A stretch of DNA of 10,579 nt from Clostridia bacterium (GTDB lineage: Bacteria > Bacillota > Clostridia > Christensenellales > Aristaeellaceae), in NCBI GenBank assembly GCA_024404275.1, contig JAKSQG010000048.1:1-10579 (forward strand), given 5' to 3'. A program made the translations under genes and the position numbers. The notes beneath the pieces were generated by a model. The model did not search any database. It worked only from the letters and a program-made list of their open reading frames with translations, and was not told the DNA's origin. Within the stretch, counting starts at the first letter, position 1. Every line of letters starts with the position of its first letter. Shown here piece after piece: positions 6,051 through 10,579 of this stretch.

Positions 6051-6086
6051 GCAGTCATAAAAACAGAAGAAGGATGGAAAAAAAGA

Positions 6087-6833
6087 ATGGCAAAGCATTA
6101 TCGCCGCAAGCCGAAGTATGTAAAACCCAAGGAGCGCACCTTTGTTGAATGGTGGAACGATCAGACCGAGCGCACCCGCCGCACCCTGATGATTACCGGC
6201 ATCGCCGTGCTGGCTGTCATCGTGCTGCTGATCGTTGGCTACTATGGTTTCTATAATGACGGTTCCCTGGTCGTCCGCAACGGCGAAGTGGTGGGCAAGC
6301 AGGATAATTGGCTCATCGCCGAGCGCACCCCGGGCAAGAACAGCAAGTATTATCATCTGGCCGATGTTGAGGCGATCGAAGGCTTCAAATACAACGGACC
6401 GCTGACCACCAGCATCAACGGCGCCAACATCAAGACCGATTTCACCTTCATCCCCGAGGATGAAAACAGCCCCATCGATATGATCTATGTCTCCCCCGTG
6501 GCGGCCCGCAGCCCCAAGGAGATGGCTGAATACGTTCGTCCCACCATGCTGAACTACGCCGGCGAAAACGGCACCGTTTCCGAGATCGAAAGCTTCAATG
6601 CTCCCAGCGGCACCGGTTACTGGTTCAACTACGCCTACAGCAACACCGACACCGAGACGGGCGTTGTCAAGTATTATCAGAGCGCGGTCATGTATGTGCC
6701 CTGCCGCTACAATAACAGCAGCGTGCTGATCTCCATCAACGTGGTCGGCGACAGCGAGGAAGTGTATATGCCCACCGAAGAACTGTTCAATCTGGGTATG
6801 AAGCAGATCAACGCCATCACCATCATCAAGTAA
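6087..6833 (+). CDS. Single-pass membrane-anchored protein of unknown function (basic N-terminal tail, one TM helix, ~190-aa extracytoplasmic domain)
   Basis: Start chosen at MAKHYRRKPKY (ATG 6087), downstream of the promoter at 6022-6050. The ORF-track start at 5928 would run across the tRNA promoter region with atypical codon use. The TM segment is LMITGIAVLAVIVLLIVGYYGF. Host-like GC and codon bias; TAA stop followed by a terminator. I recognise no family. Confidence 0.7.
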   Translation: MAKHYRRKPKYVKPKERTFVEWWNDQTERTRRTLMITGIAVLAVIVLLIVGYYGFYNDGSLVVRNGEVVGKQDNWLIAERTPGKNSKYYHLADVEAIEGFKYNGPLTTSINGANIKTDFTFIPEDENSPIDMIYVSPVAARSPKEMAEYVRPTMLNYAGENGTVSEIESFNAPSGTGYWFNYAYSNTDTETGVVKYYQSAVMYVPCRYNNSSVLISINVVGDSEEVYMPTEELFNLGMKQINAITIIK

Positions 6834-6850
6834 TACAAAACCTTCTCATC

Positions 6851-6895
6851 GGGGAGGACCGGGCTGTTCAGCGGCACGGTCCTCTCCCTTTTTTT
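6851..6895 (+). terminator. Rho-independent terminator
   Basis: GGGGAGGACCG (6851-6861) pairs with CGGTCCTCTCCC (6877-6888): an 8-bp core plus GGG/CCC across a bulge. A T7 run follows at 6889-6895. Confidence 0.7.
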
Positions 6896-6925
6896 AATGG
6901 CCATTTCCGTCCCCGCACAAGGCAG

Positions 6926-6964
6926 AAAAACGCCCCCGCATATAGGCTGCAGGGGCGTCTTTTT
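6926..6964 (-). terminator. Rho-independent terminator for the convergent minus-strand gene (potentially bidirectional)
   Basis: ACGCCCC (6930-6936) pairs with GGGGCGT (6952-6958). An A-run flanks it on the left and a T-run on the right, so either strand reads hairpin plus U-tract. It lies ~20 nt beyond the stop of the 6982-7674 gene. Confidence 0.65.
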
Positions 6965-6981
6965 ATGCCGTTTTTGAACGC

Positions 6982-7674
6982 TTATTCGTTGATGAAGGCG
7001 ATGGCTTCGATGGTGTATTCGATGCCGGCCTTGTCCGCGGCTTCCAGGGTGGATTCGTAGCGGAGATCCAGCTTGTTGAGGATGCTGCCGCCGGGCAGGA
7101 TGCCGCTGTTGCCGGTGTAGCCGTCGGTCACGCAGATGATGTTGCCTTCGGTATCACGGGCAATGTACACCACGGTGTAATCCAGCACAGCCAGATCGGT
7201 ATCATTGGTCACGGTGATGACGGCGACCTTGTCCACATAGTTGCCGTAGCCGCGGGGAACATCGATCACCTGCACAGTGGCGGGCAGACGCTTGATGGGG
7301 TTTTCGGAAGCGGACTTGCCGGTCACGGTCAGGGTGTAATCCGCGGGGACGACGCTCTTGTCATCGGTGGAATCGTACACCACCAGGTAGCCGGTCTCGC
7401 CGGGATTGAGATACTTGGGGTAGCAGTTGCCGTAGTCACGGTTGCCCAGCACTTCGCCGTTTTCATCCAGCACTTCCATCAGGCAGGCGTTGTACTGCAC
7501 GGGCTTGTCGCCTTTGTTGGTCACTTCGGCAAACACATAGGCGTAGTAGTAGCTGTAGCTTTCCACAACCACCATGTTCTCGCTGGTCACCACCAGTTTG
7601 CCGGCAGCGGAAGCCGCGGCGCACAGGGACAGCATCAGAACGAGGGCCAGTACCATAGATACTGCTTTCTTCAT
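6982..7674 (-). CDS. Secreted beta-rich protein of unknown function, two similar repeats (possibly FxLYD/Ig-like domains)
   Basis: Start placed at MKKAVSMVLALVLMLSLCAAASAAG (ATG 7674-7672), preceded by AAGGAGGAG with a 7-nt spacer. The ORF-track start at 7734 has no RBS. The N-terminus is a Sec-type signal peptide with ASA|AG. Two segments (...AEVTNKGDKPVQY...VLDENGEVLG... and ...ITVTNDTDLAVLDY...ARDTEGNIIC...) suggest a duplicated beta-sandwich. The family assignment is from memory only. TAA stop. Confidence 0.7.
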   Translation of the reverse strand: MKKAVSMVLALVLMLSLCAAASAAGKLVVTSENMVVVESYSYYYAYVFAEVTNKGDKPVQYNACLMEVLDENGEVLGNRDYGNCYPKYLNPGETGYLVVYDSTDDKSVVPADYTLTVTGKSASENPIKRLPATVQVIDVPRGYGNYVDKVAVITVTNDTDLAVLDYTVVYIARDTEGNIICVTDGYTGNSGILPGGSILNKLDLRYESTLEAADKAGIEYTIEAIAFINE

Positions 7675-7745
7675 AACAAAACTCCTCCTTGTTATTGGTT
7701 TTATCATCATATCATATTTTTGCTTGTGCCGCAAACGTTTTTTGC

Positions 7746-8549
7746 TCAGGTGTTCAACAACATGCGGTCGTTGTCCAGCGCACGGCCGGCATTTTCACGG
7801 AAGCGCTCCAGCAGGTCCTCCACCGTCATGCGGGCCCGTTCTTCGCCGCGGACATCCAGAATGATATGCCCGTTGTGCATCATCAGCGTACGCGTGCCCA
7901 GCTCCAGCGCGCTTTGCATGTTGTGAGTGATCATCATGCAGGTCAGGTTGTTTTCCTCCACCACCTGACGGGTGATGTTCAGCACCTTTTCGGCGGTGCC
8001 GGGGTCGAGGGCAGCGGTGTGCTCATCCAGCAGCAAAAGCTTTGGCGGGTTGAAGGTGGCCATCAGCAGCGTGAGCGCCTGCCTCTGACCGCCGCTGAGC
8101 AGACCGACAGGCTGCTTCATGCGCTTTTCCAGCCCCATATCCAGCAGCATCAGGCGCTGTTTGAACTCTTCCTTGTCCGCGCGGCTCACGCTGCTCAGCC
8201 AGCCGCCGCGTCCTGCCGCCAGCGCCATGTTTTCCTCAATGGTCATGCCGGGGGCGGAGCCGCGCATGGGATCCTGAAACAGGCGGCCGATCGTTCTGGA
8301 GCGTTGATGGTCGGGTATATAGGTGATGTCCCTGCCGTCCAGCTCAATGCGTCCCTTGTCCACATAGAAGCTGCCGCAGATGGCGTTGAACAGCGTCGAT
8401 TTTCCCGCGCCGTTCGCGCCGATGATGGTAATGAATTCGCCTTTGTTCACTTCGAGGTCCAGCCCGTCAAACACCTGCTTGGCATTGACGGTGCCGGGGT
8501 TGAAGGTCTTGCAGACGCCCTTCAAGGACAGGATGGGATGCTCAGCCAT
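7746..8549 (-). CDS. ABC transporter ATP-binding protein (COG1101-type)
   Basis: Walker A GANGAGKST, signature LSGGQRQ, Walker B LLLLDEHTAALD, H-loop ITHN. GGGAGGA lies 7 nt upstream of ATG 8549. The start overlaps the permease stop as ATGGCTGA, indicating translational coupling. TGA stop. Confidence 0.9.
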   Translation of the reverse strand: MAEHPILSLKGVCKTFNPGTVNAKQVFDGLDLEVNKGEFITIIGANGAGKSTLFNAICGSFYVDKGRIELDGRDITYIPDHQRSRTIGRLFQDPMRGSAPGMTIEENMALAAGRGGWLSSVSRADKEEFKQRLMLLDMGLEKRMKQPVGLLSGGQRQALTLLMATFNPPKLLLLDEHTAALDPGTAEKVLNITRQVVEENNLTCMMITHNMQSALELGTRTLMMHNGHIILDVRGEERARMTVEDLLERFRENAGRALDNDRMLLNT

Positions 8550-9477
8550 GGTTCCGTCCTCCCTTCATGGCGTTCATGCGGCGCACCAGCAGCGGAAGCT
8601 GTTTTTTCATATAGGGGCCGCCGATGGCAAAGATGATGATGACCGCCGACACAGCCTTGAGCATGAAGGTGGGCATGTTGAAGCGCAGGGCGATGGCATA
8701 GACCAATTGGAACAGCACAGAGCCCAGCACCGCGCCGATGGCACGCTTGACGATGCCGCCGCGCCCCAGAAAGACGCCGCCCATCAGCAAACTGGCAAGC
8801 GCAATGGTCACGATGCCGCTGCCGATATCAATGTTGGCCATCTTGTTGTACTGCGCCAGCAGGCAGCCGCTCAGCGCGGTAAAGGAGTTTGAAATGCACA
8901 GACCCACCATGGTGGTAAACGCGGGGTTGATGGAGCTGGAGCGCACCATGTCGGGGTTATCGCCCGTGGCGCGGATGGAAAGACCCAGCTTGGTCTGCAA
9001 AAAGAAGCGCAGGAAAACGATGACCAGCACCACTGCCGCGCCCGCGATGAGCAGCTTGTAATAGTCATGCCATACCGTGCCCTTGGTCAGCTTGTTCAGG
9101 ATGGAAAACACCGTGTCCGCCCGGTTCAGGTTGACCAGCGAGGCGCCGCCCATCACCGCGATGTTGATGGAAAACAGCGCTGTATTGACGATGATGCCCG
9201 CCAGCAGGGAGTTGATGCCCATGCGTGTCTGCAGCAGCGCCGTCACAAAGCCGCTGACCACACCGGCCAGCATGGCCGCGGGCAGCGACAGGTAGGGATG
9301 CCCCGCAACCGCCACCACGGCGCCTACCGCGGCGCCCAAAGTGAAGCAGCCGTCGGTCGACAGGTCACATACGTTCAGCATCGAGTAGCTCAGGAACAGC
9401 GCCAGTACGGTCAGGGCTTCAATCAGCCCCAGTTCGAGCGAGGTCTGTCCCAAAGAGAGGATCGCGGAAATGGTCAT
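8542..9477 (-). CDS. ABC transporter permease (COG4120-type, multi-pass membrane protein)
   Basis: 311 aa, hydrophobic throughout with about 8-9 predicted TM segments. AAGGAG lies 8 nt upstream of ATG 9477. It sits between the binding-protein and ATPase genes on the same strand. TGA stop. Confidence 0.85.
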   Translation of the reverse strand: MTISAILSLGQTSLELGLIEALTVLALFLSYSMLNVCDLSTDGCFTLGAAVGAVVAVAGHPYLSLPAAMLAGVVSGFVTALLQTRMGINSLLAGIIVNTALFSINIAVMGGASLVNLNRADTVFSILNKLTKGTVWHDYYKLLIAGAAVVLVIVFLRFFLQTKLGLSIRATGDNPDMVRSSSINPAFTTMVGLCISNSFTALSGCLLAQYNKMANIDIGSGIVTIALASLLMGGVFLGRGGIVKRAIGAVLGSVLFQLVYAIALRFNMPTFMLKAVSAVIIIFAIGGPYMKKQLPLLVRRMNAMKGGRNHG

Positions 9478-9514
9478 GGTTCAGGCTCCTTTTTCAGGGT
9501 CTTTACAGAAAGGG

Positions 9515-9540
9515 AAGGGCGCCGGTGACCCGACGCCCTT
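9515..9540 (-). promoter_or_regulatory. Intercistronic hairpin between binding-protein and permease genes (partial terminator or mRNA stabiliser)
   Basis: On the minus strand, AAGGGCG - 12-nt loop - CGCCCTT is followed by CCCTTTCTG, a weak U-tract. Such hairpins are commonly placed after SBP genes to raise SBP stoichiometry relative to the membrane components. Confidence 0.4.
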
Positions 9541-9556
9541 GAAAATTGCGTGTGGA

Positions 9557-10579
9557 TTACTGCACATCGCCGAAGCTTTCGGCGGTCACGATGGTCTTGA
9601 TGGCGGTGCAGAAGGGAGCGAAAGCGGCAGACACGGTGTCAAAGTCGATGCCCAGCTCGGCGCAGATCTCGGTATTGATGGTGGCGGTGCCGTTGTCGAA
9701 GGTCATGACGGGCACTTCAGCGGGGTTTTTGCCTTCCACCAGGATCTCGGCGGCCAGGTCAGCGGTGCAGCGGCCCAGGTTGGCGTAGTCCACGCCGTAG
9801 CCCAGGAAAGCGCCGTTCAGGGCGAAGGAGTCAGCGCCGGTGTAGTGGGGGATGCCGGCTTCGGCCAGCACTTCGTAGATGCTCAGCTCGGCGTTCATGA
9901 CGGTGTTGTCAGAGGGGGTGAAGACGGCATCGCACTGATCGGCGGCAATGGCCTGAGCAGCCTGCAGGATCTCGGAGGGGTTGGTGCCGGTGTATTCCTT
10001 GTACTGCACGCCCTTGGCGGTCAGGTAAGCCTTGGCATCGGCGATGGCGGCGGCAGAGGAATCCTGACCGACGTCATACAGCAGGGCGACCATATCGGCT
10101 TCGGGGTTGGCGGCGAAGATCAGGTTCATGACGGCGTTGGTATCCAGATAGTCGGAGGTGCCGGTCACGTTGGCGCCGGGGGCTTCGAGGGACTCGACCA
10201 GACCGCAGCCCATCGGGTCGGATACGGCGGCGAACACCACGGGGATCTGGTTATCTTCGGTGGCACCCTGCATCACGATGGCGACGGGGGTGGCAACGCC
10301 GATCATCAGGTCCACACCGGCGCCGATGAACTTGCTGACGATCAGCTGCAGGGTGGCGCTGTTGGCTTCGCAGTTGTCATACATGACTTCAAACTTGACG
10401 CCCGTTTCAGCGGTGATGTCCGCCAGCTGGGCTTCGATGTTTTCCACGATCTGGTTCAGGGAGGCATCGGAAACGTAGTTGCAGATACCGATCTTAAAAG
10501 TCTTTTCTTCGGCGAGGGAGAAGGAAGCGGCGGAGAGGAGCATCATAACGGCGATGAGAAGAGCAAAGAACTTTTTCAT
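9557..10579 (-). CDS. ABC transporter substrate-binding protein (COG2984-type, BMP/periplasmic-binding fold)
   Basis: 340 aa with an N-terminal signal peptide, MKKFFALLIAVMMLLSAASFSLA|EEK. The mature part begins KTFKIGICNYVSDASLNQI, typical of this SBP family as I remember it. It is first in the SBP-permease-ATPase order. The ATG is the last three bases of the window, so the RBS and promoter are not visible. TAA stop. Substrate unknown; some family members have been linked to tryptophan or other amino-acid uptake. Confidence 0.85.
   Translation of the reverse strand: MKKFFALLIAVMMLLSAASFSLAEEKTFKIGICNYVSDASLNQIVENIEAQLADITAETGVKFEVMYDNCEANSATLQLIVSKFIGAGVDLMIGVATPVAIVMQGATEDNQIPVVFAAVSDPMGCGLVESLEAPGANVTGTSDYLDTNAVMNLIFAANPEADMVALLYDVGQDSSAAAIADAKAYLTAKGVQYKEYTGTNPSEILQAAQAIAADQCDAVFTPSDNTVMNAELSIYEVLAEAGIPHYTGADSFALNGAFLGYGVDYANLGRCTADLAAEILVEGKNPAEVPVMTFDNGTATINTEICAELGIDFDTVSAAFAPFCTAIKTIVTAESFGDVQ

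Noticed and set aside
5928-6086. N-terminal 53 codons of the 5928-6833 ORF, and the antisense 144-aa ORF at 5922-6356
   Set aside because: The extension is T-rich, Phe/Leu/Cys-heavy sequence that contains the predicted promoter (6022-6050), so the gene starts at 6087. The antisense ORF is a shadow of that gene.
7675-7734. Upstream start (MRHKQKYDMMIKPITRRSFV...) for the secreted protein
   Set aside because: The strong AAGGAGGAG RBS sits inside this extension, immediately before the MKKAVS... signal peptide. A signal peptide preceded by 20 charged residues is unlikely.
7689-8636. 315-aa ORF on the plus strand
   Set aside because: Antisense shadow of the ABC ATPase gene, whose Walker A/B and signature motifs make the minus-strand reading unambiguous. 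Likewise, 8380-8892, 8738-9061, 9067-9528, 9546-9788 and 10158-10478 are shadows of the permease and SBP genes.
1-10579. CRISPR arrays, IS elements, integrases, toxin-antitoxin pairs, rRNA
   Set aside because: No regularly spaced direct repeats, terminal inverted repeats, DDE/tyrosine/serine recombinase-like ORFs or small paired ORFs were found on either strand by eye.

Overview
GC-rich chromosomal segment (about 60% GC by hand count of sample lines; strong AGGAGG-type RBSs and hairpin/T-tract terminators, Firmicutes/Clostridia-like). It is interrupted by a ~3.5 kb low-GC island (about 40%, ~2290-5835). Left flank: the 3' end of a CotH-like gene and a complete GH13 oligo-1,6-glucosidase-type gene. 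The island holds essentially one gene, a 919-aa fusion of a PLD/HKD nuclease, an SF2 DExH helicase and DUF3427. That is the architecture of the S. aureus type IV modification-dependent restriction enzyme SauUSI. The gene has a near-consensus promoter and a ~235-nt structured leader containing an intrinsic-terminator hairpin. The island abuts the 3' end of a minus-strand tRNA gene. That tRNA is the most unusual object here: a canonical 76-nt cloverleaf with a tRNA-Glu-like body but a CUA (amber-reading) anticodon, and its own terminator. Right flank: a membrane-anchored protein of unknown function, a secreted beta-rich protein, and a minus-strand three-gene ABC importer (binding protein, permease, ATPase; COG2984/COG4120/COG1101 type). 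No CRISPR array, integrase, transposase or rRNA was seen. None of the 8 CDS ends in TAG (5 TGA, 3 TAA). The stop just upstream and in frame with the restriction-enzyme ORF is a TAG that closes a 17-codon uORF. All homology statements come from motif recognition and memory, not from searches.
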